In this document: piece after piece, positions 32,965 to 45,073 of the stretch
Layout of the letters: each line of letters starts with the position of its first letter
Numbering within the stretch: position 1 is the stretch's first letter
From: Parasitella parasitica NRRL 2501
Taxonomy: Eukaryota; Fungi; Mucoromycota
NCBI GenBank assembly: GCA_025201805.1
Contig: MU619295.1
Location: 1 to 45,073 of the forward strand
Reading direction: 5' to 3'
Length of the DNA: 45,073 nt
Program-made: the position numbers and the translations under genes
Notes under the pieces: generated by a model
Databases searched by the model: none
What the model was told of the DNA's origin: nothing
Seen by the model: only the letters and a program-made list of their open reading frames with translations

Positions 32965-34311
32965 ATGAGTGATAACAATCACTTGTTACCAAATGAAATT
33001 CAAAATCCACAAGAACTCTATTCTCTATTCAATCAGTCTACAGCAGACTCTCCGTCTACAACGGCATCCCCTATCTCTCCAATGATTACCCTAACACAGC
33101 AGAACCAGAGCTGGCAGTCTTTAAGTCAAGCAATTGATCATCAACAACAGTACAGCCATGACATGAATCAACAACATCCGCATCCACATCCGCATCCGCA
33201 TCCGCATCCACATCCACATCCACATCAGCAGCAGCAGCAATTGCGGGATCAGTACTGGATAAACGCATACCATCAAGGCCCATCATATCCCTCGTTAAAT
33301 CAGCCACAGCAGCAGCAGTTTCAAGACTATTTGACTGGATACTACAATACGCAAATGTCTACTGCTGTACCTGGTTTCTATGCAACACACATGCCAAACG
33401 ATTCATATAACACACCAATGCCAATTGGAGGGGATAGTCAGTTTCAAACATGTAACAGCTCTCCATCTACCATGGCCACACCTTCGCTTAATCAATATCA
33501 AAATGAAGATGATATAAAGAAGATTCAACATCATGACAATGAAACATCTATCTCTGTACCTTCTCCATCTGAAACACCTATACCTTCACCTGTTATGTGT
33601 GGAAAAAGAAAAAGAAGACAGTCGGTTACCAATATAGCTCCACCGAAGCAAAAGAAGAAGCGTCTTCAGAATGACATCAAAGACACATCAAAGAACGAAA
33701 CAGCTATCCACGCTGCGAACAATGAAGGTAATAGTGATAGTGGAACAACATCAAGGAGAGTAGATACCCAATCCAATCCCACTGTCGATCAACTTGAGAA
33801 TGAGCTTGCTTTTCTCAGGGATGAATGTGCGACCATATTGATCATGTTGGATTCGTTAAGAAACGCATTCTTGGCAGATATACCTTCAACAGGAGTATCT
33901 TTATCAACGGTCAAGTCCAATTCTTTATCAGCGACAATCAACTTTATGGTGCAAGATCTTGGAACACTTTCATCTGTCAGTAAGACGACAATTCAACATG
34001 TTGAAAGATATCCATCAACAAGCAGCGTAGATAAACGACGCAAATCGAAAACAGTAGCTCCGAATCCTGAGAGAGAACGTGAAATGAGAATTGCTTATGA
34101 TGATTTAATGCTTCAAGTTCGACAGCTAGAAAAAAAGGTTGAGCGCTTAGAGGGAAAAAGCAAGAATGTGTGTCTAGACGAGTCATCTATAAATAACTCA
34201 AAGAAGCACGAAGATCAAATGGCAAACCTTAACGACGATTTACATGAATTGCAAGAGCATCTTGATGATACTGGGGGTGATGACTCAGGAGAAGAAAGAA
34301 GTCTCGAATAA
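32965..34311 (+). CDS. Hypothetical 448-aa nuclear low-complexity/coiled-coil protein
   Basis: Intronless ORF with Q-rich and (HP)n tracts, basic clusters KRKRR...KQKKKR and two heptad-like segments. TATATAAA lies upstream near 32719. Confidence 0.75.
   Translation: MSDNNHLLPNEIQNPQELYSLFNQSTADSPSTTASPISPMITLTQQNQSWQSLSQAIDHQQQYSHDMNQQHPHPHPHPHPHPHPHPHQQQQQLRDQYWINAYHQGPSYPSLNQPQQQQFQDYLTGYYNTQMSTAVPGFYATHMPNDSYNTPMPIGGDSQFQTCNSSPSTMATPSLNQYQNEDDIKKIQHHDNETSISVPSPSETPIPSPVMCGKRKRRQSVTNIAPPKQKKKRLQNDIKDTSKNETAIHAANNEGNSDSGTTSRRVDTQSNPTVDQLENELAFLRDECATILIMLDSLRNAFLADIPSTGVSLSTVKSNSLSATINFMVQDLGTLSSVSKTTIQHVERYPSTSSVDKRRKSKTVAPNPEREREMRIAYDDLMLQVRQLEKKVERLEGKSKNVCLDESSINNSKKHEDQMANLNDDLHELQEHLDDTGGDDSGEERSLE
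33175..33225 (+). repeat. (CATCCR)8 hexamer repeat encoding (HP)8H
   Basis: Directly visible in the sequence. Confidence 0.95.
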
Positions 34312-34778
34312 TTGCAAGAAAAGGATAAAACATCATGAATAACCTTACTTACGATCTTCTGGAAAAGGTTGTTTTGAACGCTGATCTGTATTCCATTGAA
34401 CATGGAGAATGCTGAATTTCCAAATCTATGATATAACCGTTTCTCGGTTTTTAATTTTGTAATTACCAAGACATCATTATATATTACTTTCATTCGTTTT
34501 ATTCATAACATGCTTTTTTTTTTATATATTTATATGCAATTCTATTTCGTATGAAGCACTATTTTTTTATATAACCAATATGATATTTTTTTTACCCCCA
34601 ACTTCCTCCTTTATTATTACATTAAATAATAATAATAATAACAACATCGGCAATCGTCGCGCGAAATTAACTATATAAAGCTGACCTGCTTCTGATTTTC
34701 CTTATTGCAATATACATTTAGTATGTATGCACATTACGTCAAAAAAAATTACGCAAGTCCATGTAAATCATTTTGAGT

Positions 34779-34813
34779 TTTGTGCATCATACATTAGATA
34801 CATGATGCACAAA
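34779..34813. repeat. Perfect 12-bp inverted repeat with 11-nt loop
   Basis: TTTGTGCATCAT (34779-34790) and ATGATGCACAAA (34802-34813). Confidence 0.85.
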
Positions 34814-35480
34814 TAATCACCAAAACATCTTGAAACTGTATGTACAGCGCAAACTGTTGCGAATATTCAGTATGATACTTGGTGTTTTATAAAGAAAACG
34901 GTGTGTATACCACAGTTACAAATTAAAAAAAGTTGTATAAAAATGCATTGTATTCCACGCATTCAGGAACCATCATAGCAACAAATTGAAATATAAAGTC
35001 AGCTCCATAGCAACCAGGAACCAGGTTTGATGTGGTCCTTGTTGAGTAATCTATGAGTTGCCTAATATCATCCAAAGACAAGCGACGCATGACAAATCTT
35101 TTTCACGGTTAATATTTTAACTTCTCAAAAAAATTAGCCGAGCAAATGAATTGCGGGGAAATGGTTTAGAAAACTTTCTCAAGGTTGCACGTGAAGTAAG
35201 GAAACCGTTCAAGCAGCAACAAGGGACCTTGTTAAACACCGGCAAATTTATAATACTAAATATACGCGTAAAGCAGTGGAAAGAAATACACGGAAAGCTT
35301 CGTAACTTTGTGCACCCCTCATACACATTATTATTTTCATTTCTTGGACGGCTAACGATTTGAACAACTCTTTTTGTTTTTGTTTTATCTACCTACTCCC
35401 ACCCCTCTTTTGCTTCTTTAACAAACACCACCCCCCTCTCTTTACTTTTTTTTTAAATAGAAAAAAAAAGATAAATAATC

Positions 35481-37740
35481 ATGTTGAAGTTATTACAGTC
35501 TTCTTCGCCCAAAGCTGTAAGTTGTTGATGGTAGCAAATTGAGAGATTGATACTGTACTAATTTCTCCCAATTTTAGTTGCGTGCTGCCCGTAAGCATTA
35601 CCCCACATTTTAAACATTGTACAAAAAAGCTTGAGCACTAATTCACTTGACTACAAATAGACATTAACGCTACCCGTGGTCTTCATTATGCTAAACCTGC
35701 TATGCAGGTCATGTCTACTAACCCTCTTCGCGCAACTGAAGCTACTGTAAGCTTTTGTTAATGTAAACTAAAAAAGCCTTTTGAAATTCACTTTTTTGCG
35801 TTCATGTAGGGCCCTATTGCTAGCAAATACCCCGTTATCGATCATGAATATGACGCTGTCGTTGTCGGTGCTGGTGGTGCTGGTCTTCGTGCTGCTTTTG
35901 GTCTTGCTGAAGCTGGTTTGAACACTGCATGTATTACTAAATTGTTTCCTACCCGTTCTCACACTGTGGCTGCCCAGGTAAGAAAGAAATTGCCGCACAT
36001 TTGTTTTAGACAATTAACGACTTGAATAGGGTGGTATTAATGCTGCTCTTGGTAATATGACAGAAGACGACTGGAGATGGCATATGTATGATACCGTAAA
36101 GGGTTCTGATTGGCTTGGTGATCAAGATGCCATTCACTACATGTGTCGTGAAGCTCCTCACACTGTCATTGAACTCGAAAATTATGGTGTCCCCTTTTCC
36201 AGAACCCCTGAGGGTAAGATCTACCAACGTGCCTTTGGTGGTCAAAGTTTAAAATTTGGTAAGGGTGGCCAAGCCTATCGTTGCGCCGCTGTTGCTGATC
36301 GTACTGGTCACGCTATTCTCCATACCTTGTATGGTCAATCTCTTCGCCACAACACCAACTATTTCATTGAATACTTTGCCCTTGATTTGATTATGGAAGA
36401 TGGTGAATGTAAGGGTATTCTCGCTTTGAATATGGAAGATGGTACCCTTCATCGTTTCAGATCTCACAAAACTGTTCTTGCCACCGGTGGTTACGGTCGC
36501 GCCTATTTCTCTTGTACCTCTGCTCACACCTGTACTGGTGACGGTAATGCCATGGTTGCCCGTGCTGGCCTTCCTCTTCAAGATCTCGAATTCGTTCAAT
36601 TCCATCCTACCGGTATCTATGGTTCTGGCTGCCTCATCACTGAAGGTTCTCGTGGCGAGGGTGGTTATCTTGTCAACTCGGCTGGTGAACGTTTCATGGA
36701 GCGTTATGCCCCCACTGCCAAGGATTTAGCTTCTCGTGATGTTGTTTCTCGCGCCATGACTATGGAAATTAAGGCTGGACGTGGCGTAGGTCCTGAGAAG
36801 GATCATATTCATCTTCAACTCCATCATTTGCCCCCTGCTGTTCTTCAAGAGCGTTTGCCTGGTATTTCTGAAACTGCCAGTATTTTTGCAGGCGTTGATG
36901 TTACTCGTGAGCCTATCCCCGTGTTGCCCACTGTTCACTACAATATGGGTGGTATCCCCACTCGTTTCACTGGTGAAGTCATCAAAGTTAACGATAAAGG
37001 CGAGGATGAGGTAGTTCCTGGTCTCTATGCCGCTGGTGAGGCTGCCTGTGTCTCTGTCCACGGTGCTAACCGTCTCGGTGCCAATTCTCTTTTGGATATC
37101 GTCGTTTTTGGTCGTGCTGTTGCCCATCATATTGCCGAGACTCTCGAGCCCAATACTCCCTTAAAGCCTTTTGCTGCTGATGCTGGTTCCGAGTCCATTG
37201 CCAACTTGGACAAGCTCAGAAACTCTAGTGGTCCCAAGCGTACTTCAGAGATTCGTCTCAACATGCAAAAGGTCATGCAATCTGATGCGGCCGTTTTCAG
37301 AACTCAAGAGACCCTTGATGAAGGTTAGTTTTTTTTTGTGTGTTTGATTGCATAGATTACTTGAATCTTATTGACAAACTATATGCTCTTTTTTTTCAGG
37401 TGTTGTCAAGATTGATAAAGTTTGGGATTCATTCAAGGATGTCGGTGTCACTGATCGTGGTATGATCTGGAACACTGATTTATGCGAGACTCTTGAACTT
37501 CAAAACTTGTTGACTTGTGCCTCTCAAACCATGCACTCAGCTGCCGTTCGTAAGGAATCCCGTGGTGCTCATGCCCGTGACGATTACCAAGAACGTGATG
37601 ATGTTAACTGGATGAAGCACACACTCTCCTGGCAAGATCAAAAGACCGGTGAAGTCAAGCTTGACTACCGTGCTGTCACTGACACTACCCTCGATGAAGC
37701 TGAATGCAAGGCCGTTCCTCCTTTTGCCCGTGTTTATTAA
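35481..37740 (+). CDS. SDH1: Mitochondrial succinate dehydrogenase flavoprotein subunit, multi-exon
   Basis: Presequence-like N-terminus, [12 protein letters not shown], covalent-FAD His motif RSHTVAAQ|[43 protein letters not shown] and [10 protein letters not shown]; ends PPFARVY. Confidence 0.98.
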
Positions 37741-39290
37741 TCTATAAATGTTAGAATATATTCCTATTCTCACCGTTTCCCAGCCTTTTCTACCTGTTCT
37801 TCACATTTGACATTTTAATTGTTACTCCATGGTTTTTTTTTACAAAAGAAAAGAATAAAAAAGTAAAAAAAAAAAAGAAATATCCCAAAAAATTTAGACT
37901 GTATTATACCCTTTTTGTTTTTTCCCTCTCCACTGAAGTGTCATGATGGAATAGAAGGATCCTTTAAATGTTTCCTTATACAGTAGTGAAAAGATAAGAT
38001 TTTAATTCTGTCAAATGAGTTACGCAAGACCAACATTACGAGTTACCCTATTCGGGTCTTATTTTTTAGCATATTTGCACAATGCCAAAGCAATATCATG
38101 CATTATCAACTTTTTTTTTAACCTAAATTGAAGAGAGAAAAACAACGGAAATACTCTTCAATAGCTCTTTTAACATTAAATGTTTTTTACCCGAGCTATC
38201 TTGCCTCTAACCTGGCAAAAAAAATCCATTTACGTTTTTCACTGCTTGAATTCAATGTTTTTGTTTGCTTATAACTTGAGATAGAAGCCGTTTCGGTGAA
38301 TAGTTACAAAGCTAAAATTCAATCTTTTAACTTGGATAATGCATATCTATGCTTGGTTGCATAAATAAAAAAGTTAATTTTTTTGATGATTTTGCCTTGC
38401 AACTGATCGAGGGTGAACCTCGTTTTGGACAAAAATTTGTGTATCGCAACGAAAAATCAAGATATTTCAGCAGTTAAATATTTGAAATGTAGCTGATCAG
38501 TGGGGCTATTATCTTAACACGCAATTGTTTTTATTAGAGTTAAAACCCAAGTAATATAAGCAAAAAACCATTTTCCACTCTTTCGCTTTTATCAAAGAAT
38601 ATTGGCAGAAAAATAATTGTTTGAGCTACATCATTAGATGTAGAACTACGCCCTTTATAAAGTTTATTTAATAATACACGAGTATTAACATAATAAAATG
38701 TTGCAGGATTCATGGTTCAAAATATTTTGTTGTCGTTTTGGATAATTCTGGATCAAATAGAACCATCAATGATGTTATGGATTAAAACACCGCTTACAGT
38801 TGCTTTTTTTTAGGGGCGTTAATAGCAGTAAGATGTATGGAAAGATCAGGTTCACCAGACATGTAAGATGACTAGCTATATTATAAAATGCTTTATCTGA
38901 TTATATAATATTAATATGTAGCACGTGATAATGTTATTGTTTTTTCTTTTGTTTCATAAAGGATGATTCTACAAGCATTAGTTATATTAACATGTATATT
39001 TTGTTTTATAGATTTGGATGTAAACTTGGTGCAGAGACAAAAGGTTATCCGAAAATTGACGCGTAAACTACAAATACAAGATATGGTAATTTAGTGGCTT
39101 TTGGGCTGCTGTAATTGGAGTTTCTGGATCTCCTTTTCTTGAGTGCGCATAAAGGTTTTTGTCATGATCTGAAGATCACAGGTTCATTTTGAATTCATCA
39201 GTCAAGCGGCGAACCAACAAAAAACAAACATAAATTCTCACATTTTTATTTTGTTTCCTCTCTTTTTACTCTTACATCTCCCATTAATTT

Positions 39291-41893
39291 ATGGAAACAT
39301 ACAGAATGACTGTAGAAAAGCTAGTATCTCCTGTAACATCTCCCACGCAAAAAAAATCAAGCCTCTCTGCTGACCCAAGTGGTGGGGAAACATTCAAATT
39401 TCAAGACAAACTACCAAAGTTACCTATTCCTGAGTTGGAAATTACTGCTGCAAAGTACCTTGCTGCTTTGCAACCATTACAAGTAAGTAAAATAATATAT
39501 ATTGTAAAGGGTGAGGTCCTTAACCCGACGAAAACCCATAGACATTGGAAGAACATGCCGAAACTAAATTGGCCGTTGATGAATTCCTACTAAAAGACGG
39601 ACCAGAGCTCCAAGCAAAATTGCAAACATACGCTACGGATAAATCTTCATACATTGAGGAGTTTTGGTAAGTTTGAATTCTATTTCCCCACAAAATAAAC
39701 CTTAAATATATTGTGATACCCCCCATCTTAATCATTTGATTCTTGTATAATAATTACATCGGTATATAGGTATGATTCGTACCTTCAACATACGGACCCG
39801 GTTGTGTTGAACTTGAACCCCTTTTTTTTGCTAGAGGACGATCCTACACCTTTGCGTAATGACCAAATTGTAAGAGCTTCCTCGCTGATTTATTCCACGG
39901 TGATTTTTGTTGAAGCATTGCGTTCCAAGAACCTGCAACCTGACGTGTTTCGTGGTACGCCCCTGTGTATGTCGCAATTTGGGCGATTATTCTCTACTGC
40001 ACGTGTGCCAACAAAAGATGGCTGCTACATCGCCCCAGCTAATGATGGAAGACACATTGTAGTCATGGCACAGTCCCAGGTCTATCATTTCGAAGTATTT
40101 GATGAGCAAGGTCAAATTGCCTTGACTGAAAAAGATATATCGGCTAATTTGCGAGCCATCACGAAGGATGCGTCTTCTACTCCTGCCTCTGACATCTCGA
40201 AAAACGCTATGGGTGTCTTGACTACCGAAAATCGTTTGAATTGGGCCAGATTACGAGAAGAATTGCAGTCTGATAAAACTAATGCCGAGGCTCTTGCAGT
40301 GATTGATAGTGCACTTTTTATTGTTTGCCTTGATCACGTTGAACCTGCTGACATTAACGAATTGAGCACAAATATGCTGTGCGGTACTTATCGCCTTGTC
40401 GACGGAATGCAGGTGGGAACCTGTACTAACAGATGGTACGACAAACTTCAGGTACGAAAACATTTTTATAGCTTTGTGTATATATAAAAAACAAGGATTT
40501 AATTGGCTTATCTATGCGTTCTGTTTTAGATTATTGTTTGCAAAAATGGCAGTGCAGGCATCAATTTTGAGCATACAGGTAAGCTATTTTCGGGTGCTCA
40601 TTGTTACACTAATGATTAAATCGTAACGTTGAATTATACAGGTGTCGATGGTCATACTGTGTTGCGCTACGTATCAGACATTTACACAGATACTATTCTT
40701 CGTTTCGCTAAAACTATCAATAGTCAGACCAAATCAATCTTCCATTCTTATAAAAGAGATGGCCAAAATGGCCGAGGCAACAGTGCATCAATCGACATTA
40801 ATCCACGAAAAATCGAGTGGAATTTAACCGAGCCTCTTGCCTTGGGAATTCGTTTTGCAGAGACTCGTCTCAGTGATTTGATATTACAGAATGAGGTAGC
40901 GGTTCTTGAGTTTAATAAGTACGGTAAATATTTTATCACTGATATGAAGATGAGCCCGGATGCTTTCGTTCAGGTATAATAGCAAAATGATGAAATTCAT
41001 GTAACACCAACCTTTTTCTTGATATAGATGGCCTTCCAGGCTGCTTATTATGGACTCTATGGCAAGAGTGAATGCACCTATGAGCCTGCAATGACAAAGA
41101 CATTCTTGCACGGCCGCACTGAAGCTATTCGAAGCGTATCAGATGCTTCACTCAATTTTGTAAAGGTGTTTTTCTCAAAAACATCAAGTAATCATGAGAA
41201 ATTGCAAGCCCTTCGTCAGAGTCTCAAGTATCACACAAATCTCACTCGAGAATGTTCCAAGGGTTTAGGTCAGGACCGTCATTTGTATGCTTTGGAGTGT
41301 GTATGGGATAGACTCTACAAGGATCAAAAGAAACCTAGGATTTTCACAGATCGTGGCTGGAAGATTTTGAACCATACCGTCATTAGTACGTCCAACTGCG
41401 GCAATCCTGCTCTACGTTTATTTGGTTTTGGACCCATAGTATCTGATGGCTTTGGCATTGGCTATATTATTAAGGAGGATGGAATTGCTGTAAGTATACT
41501 CTGACAACAACACTATTTTTCCTTTTGACTAATTACCCTCTGAAGTTTGTTGCTTCTTCAAAACATAGACAAACTCGAAGATTCTTGGATACACTCAAGA
41601 CTTATCTAGTCGATATCCAAGCACTCTTGTTGAAAGAAAAATATCCTACTGGCATATCTCAACGTCAAAGAGTGTTAGAAATGCAAGAAGCCGAGCTGGA
41701 AAACACCAACGGCTACAGCTACTTTGATAATGGCGATATAGTTAAATTCGCTAGCGACAATAATTGCATCAATCTTGCTGACAATAGTAGCGAATCTGAC
41801 AAATCTAATACCACTGGCTCTCCACCTATAGACGTAACACAGCAACGAAAGAAAGTGGGAAAGCGTCTTGTATTACACGAAACTGATGAATAA
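39291..41893 (+). CDS. YAT1: Carnitine O-acetyltransferase, YAT1/FacC-like, multi-exon
   Basis: TFKFQDKLPKLPIPEL, NRWYDKLQ, catalytic INFEHTG|VDGHTVLR, SPDAFVQ|MAFQAAY, TYEPAMTKTFLHGRTE, GQDRHLYAL and STSNCGNPALRLFGFGP. Confidence 0.92.
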
Positions 41894-41931
41894 ATATCCA
41901 TTATATTTTGATAAAATGTAAATGAGAGTGT

Positions 41932-43988
41932 TTATTGTGAAATTGGTGTATTTACACAGGTTGCCTTGTTTCTTTGATTACTTTTATGCCTCTTCAGCGC
42001 GTCCAATCTAAAAATATAGCCTTAGCATGTCGTTACTCACGTAATATATTCCTTATTACTATGGTTACCTCGAAAAGCTTTTACTGCAGCCTGTACATCG
42101 ATAAGGCTTATCACCACCATGAATTTTCCCATGCCTTTTAAGGTCATGATTTCTGCTAAAGGCAATATGACAAACGCTACAGACAAACGGTCTATCATCA
42201 GTGTGTGTTCTAGAATGGCTTTTCAAGTTGTAAAGCCTTGCAAATGTTTTGCCGCAATCAGGAAATAAGCACGGGTAATATGTTTGTGTTTGGTTATTGA
42301 CTGTAGTTGTGATAGGTTGAGCAGAGGCATAAATGTTCATTGCATCACTTTGGGTATTTGCTAAAGCTGGATCAGACCTTCTACGTTTTTTAGGCACTTG
42401 TGTGTTGACTGGTGATACTGGTTGGCTCTGGTTTTGTTGCTGCGTTTGTTGTTGTTGTTGTTGCTGCTGTTGCTGTTGTTGTTGTTGTTGTTGTTGCTGC
42501 TGCTGCTGTTGCTGCTGTTGTTGTTGTTGCTGAAGAGTCGCTATATAGAAATTGCTAGAATCGACGTCGCTTGTGGTGGCATCTGTAGATTGATGTGATT
42601 GTTTTTGCTGTAATTTCTGTTGCTGTTGCAGTTGCTGAGGAAACAAGAGAAGGGAAGGGTCTGGATAATTCAAAATGTTTTGAACATTGGTGTTCACAGG
42701 GCTTGTAGTGGTTGAGGATGTAGCTGCACTTGTTGCTTGAAGAGAGTTAATTAAAGCTTGTGATATCAAAGCTTCAAGAGCTCCATGATCACCATCCCTT
42801 AATTTCTCTGAAATCCTTTGAGCAATCACGGTCCAATCTGTTAATTCTGGTGCAGTCAATGCTGCGCTTGTTGTTGATTTGGCAGGCTGTGGGCTTGCTT
42901 TTGTCTTTGATTTATTCACTCTACTAATCACGGAGGTGGGTGTAGTGGATTGAATACTACTCATTCCGCCCTCATCCTTTATCTTATTCTGCAACCATTC
43001 CTGATCTACGTATTTCGCTGCCAAGGTGTTATCCCAACGCTGTTTGAGCTGTTTGCCCTTTCTACCCGGAATAATGCTAGCGATTTCCTTCCATCTACCA
43101 TAGCCAAACCTCTTTATACCAGTCAGCAATAAATCATCTTCTTCACGAGTCCAAGCGCCTCTCTTTTGATTAAGTTCTTCGGTGGGTATTTCGGTCGTTG
43201 TAGACGGTGCTGCGATAGGCGAACTGAGGCTCGGATAGTTGGCAATCATCATAACATTGCTTTCAGGCGATACTTGGTACTGATTTGTGGATGAAGTGTA
43301 CTCTGAGTTTATAGGAGAATCAGCTTGGCTTGTGGGATGTGACAAAGCTGCGTTGGCTTTAAGAGGGCTGTTGGTTGCCGAATTCATATTACTTTGCTGT
43401 GCAAGCCCTAGTAGTTGTAAGGCGGTAGCAGCTGCGGCTTGATCCATGAACTCAGTAGTTGTCTCTGACTTGACACTGCCTCCCACAACGCTCATATTAT
43501 TTGATTGTTTGTCAGCTTCAGTAGAAGCTTCATTTTGTTGCGAATTGTTTGTACTATCTTGATGCGCTTTTTCCTCCTGGGTTTGCTGTAACGAAGATAA
43601 AAGTTGCTGTTGAGACGATATATCATTCAACATGTCTAGAACAATGGAACCACATTAAAGTCCGTAAAATCCTCAAATGCATTTCGTTTTTGCATGTATA
43701 TTTACCTGATTTACCCGACAAGACAGCTGCAACAGCACCAGCAACATCCATATCAGAAGAGGCTTTCTGTAACAAAGCTGCGGTTAGGGCCGCACTTTCG
43801 GTATCATGAAGTTGCGATAATGTATTATTCTGTTTAGGTGATTGCGCATCAGCAGCCGTTACATCCAGAGATGTTTCTTCAGTCGTCGTGTTGTCTACAA
43901 TCATAGGAGCAGCGAAAGCCTCTTCTGTTGGGACCACATCTTTGTTCTGTTTAACAGAAGAAGATTTGAACATATGCACACGGGCCAT
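41932..43988 (-). CDS. Transcription factor with one Myb/SANT repeat, polyQ and three C-terminal C2H2 zinc fingers; introns 43636-43705 and 42008-42068
   Basis: Myb repeat KRGAWTREEDDLL..FGYGRWKEIASIIPGRKGKQLKQRW. Fingers CLFPDC..H..H, CSVC..H..H and CTGCSKSFSR|LDALKRH. Confidence 0.9.
42446..42532 (-). repeat. CAA/CAG tract encoding 29 consecutive Gln
   Basis: 87 nt of mixed TTG/CTG triplets on the plus strand. Confidence 0.95.
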
Positions 43989-44543
43989 TTTTTTTTAATT
44001 CAGGATGCGTTTAATGTCGTTGAGTTTTATGCCTTGTATCCAAAATTATGCGAAACTTTCAGCTCTATTTTATTTCGAGGAACCAAAGGATTGAATTACG
44101 GAGTTGAGTAAGTAAAAGGAAAAGCAAGAGTGGAAAGGAATACAAGCCTTCTTCATCATTTTGTTATTGAAATCTGTTTTTCCATTGTCGCAGCAAATTA
44201 ACCAATCAAAACATATGAAATCGAAAACTTTTTCTTGTGTATTTTGATGCTGTTCCGTAAGTAAATTTCTTGTATTTAAAATGAATAATCGCTACATAAA
44301 AGCACAAAAAACATACCTTTACATGATTTAGTAATACGCTGTGGGTAAGCTGTGTTTATTTTTACACTTTGTGGTATTTTTTTTTGAATAGAGTATTTTC
44401 TTTTCATGTGTATCTGCAATAGAGGAATATAATGCTGCTATAGGTTGAATTACGATCTGAACTCAGGACATGTAATTTGTAAAGACATGTAAACGACTGA
44501 TTAATTCATAGCGTATGACCATAATTTAATTAATAGAATCATA

Positions 44544-44974
44544 TAGTGTTTGGTTCTCGTAACAACTCAATTGATTTGTAGTTAAAATGAGTAGATATTT
44601 ATTCAATGAAAGGCTTAGAATGGAGTTCATTTATAGCAATTTATAATTTGATTTTTGGAATCAAGTTAAAAGCCTAAAATGAACGTCATTACGTGCATCA
44701 CCAATTCTAAATGATAATGTCAACTAATGTCGCTTTATTTTTCCTTTTAATAAGGCCTAGAGCTGTTCAATAGTATTTAGCTCAAGTGAATAAGGGGGAA
44801 GATACTCTATAGCCTTTAGTTCGATTTTTTGAATCATCAATTTCGACTTTTGGAGACTAGGATTATCCATCACTAAACCATAATATCAAGGAGCTTATCG
44901 ACAAACTTAATAAAATGAGCAGTTGTTGTACCTCTTGGAGCTGGTTTTACATCTATTGCACTGGTGTCAACTTC
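44544..44974 (-). mobile_element. Tc1/mariner-IS630-like DNA transposon relic (3' part of DDE transposase plus probable terminus)
   Basis: Minus strand reads PAPRGTTTAHFIKFVDKLLDIM / LVMDN..KIE..YLPPYSLELNTIEQL*ALLKGKIKR..RIGDARN / SKNQIINCYK*TPF*, with stops and frameshifts. Candidate end TA|TAGTGTTTGG at 44542-44553. Confidence 0.85.
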
Positions 44975-45046
44975 CTAAATTCCTTTGTTGTTGTTAATCT
45001 CAGATACACTCCTTGTCTTTCACTGTTACTTTTCCTCTTTCTCTCC

Positions 45047-45073
45047 TTTTTTTTTTTTTTTTTTTTTTTTTTT
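45047..45073. repeat. Poly-T run (27 nt or more) at the window end
   Basis: Directly visible; may mark a contig break. Confidence 0.9.

Noticed and set aside
1946-41893. Lipid/sterol gene cluster (ERG1, TMEM164, acyl-CoA synthetase, carnitine acetyltransferase)
   Set aside because: The genes are spread over 40 kb among unrelated housekeeping genes, with no shared pathway logic.
42333-42533. Poly-Cys ORF on the plus strand
   Set aside because: Antisense shadow of the polyQ tract; the same applies to most short antisense ORFs over ERG1, TYW1 and SDH1.

Overview
AT-rich eukaryotic DNA with many short (about 50-70 nt) GT-AG introns. Gene content and intron style point to a Mucorales-type (Mucoromycota) fungus (inference). 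Recognisable genes: ERG1, a SAPS/SIT4-associated phosphatase regulator, an AVT1-like amino acid transporter, a TMEM164 homologue, TYW1, a GH18+CBM5/12 chitinase, a PTS2-bearing acyl-activating enzyme, SDH1, a YAT1-like carnitine acetyltransferase and a Myb + C2H2 transcription factor. Orphan-like genes: a tandem pair of intronless signal-peptide Kelch proteins (one ending in HDEL), a His/Asp-rich GPI-type protein, and a 4-exon 153-aa type II membrane protein missing from the ORF track. Mobile DNA: the 3' part of an intact-looking Helitron (left edge), a decayed ~0.95-kb Helitron derivative at 23.4-24.4 kb with possible intron-containing cargo, and a Tc1/IS630-like transposase relic (right edge). 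The two Helitrons share a conserved structured 3' terminal module with GCGAAGC mini-hairpin motifs. No rRNA, tRNA or CRISPR array was recognised. All calls were made by eye without database searches.
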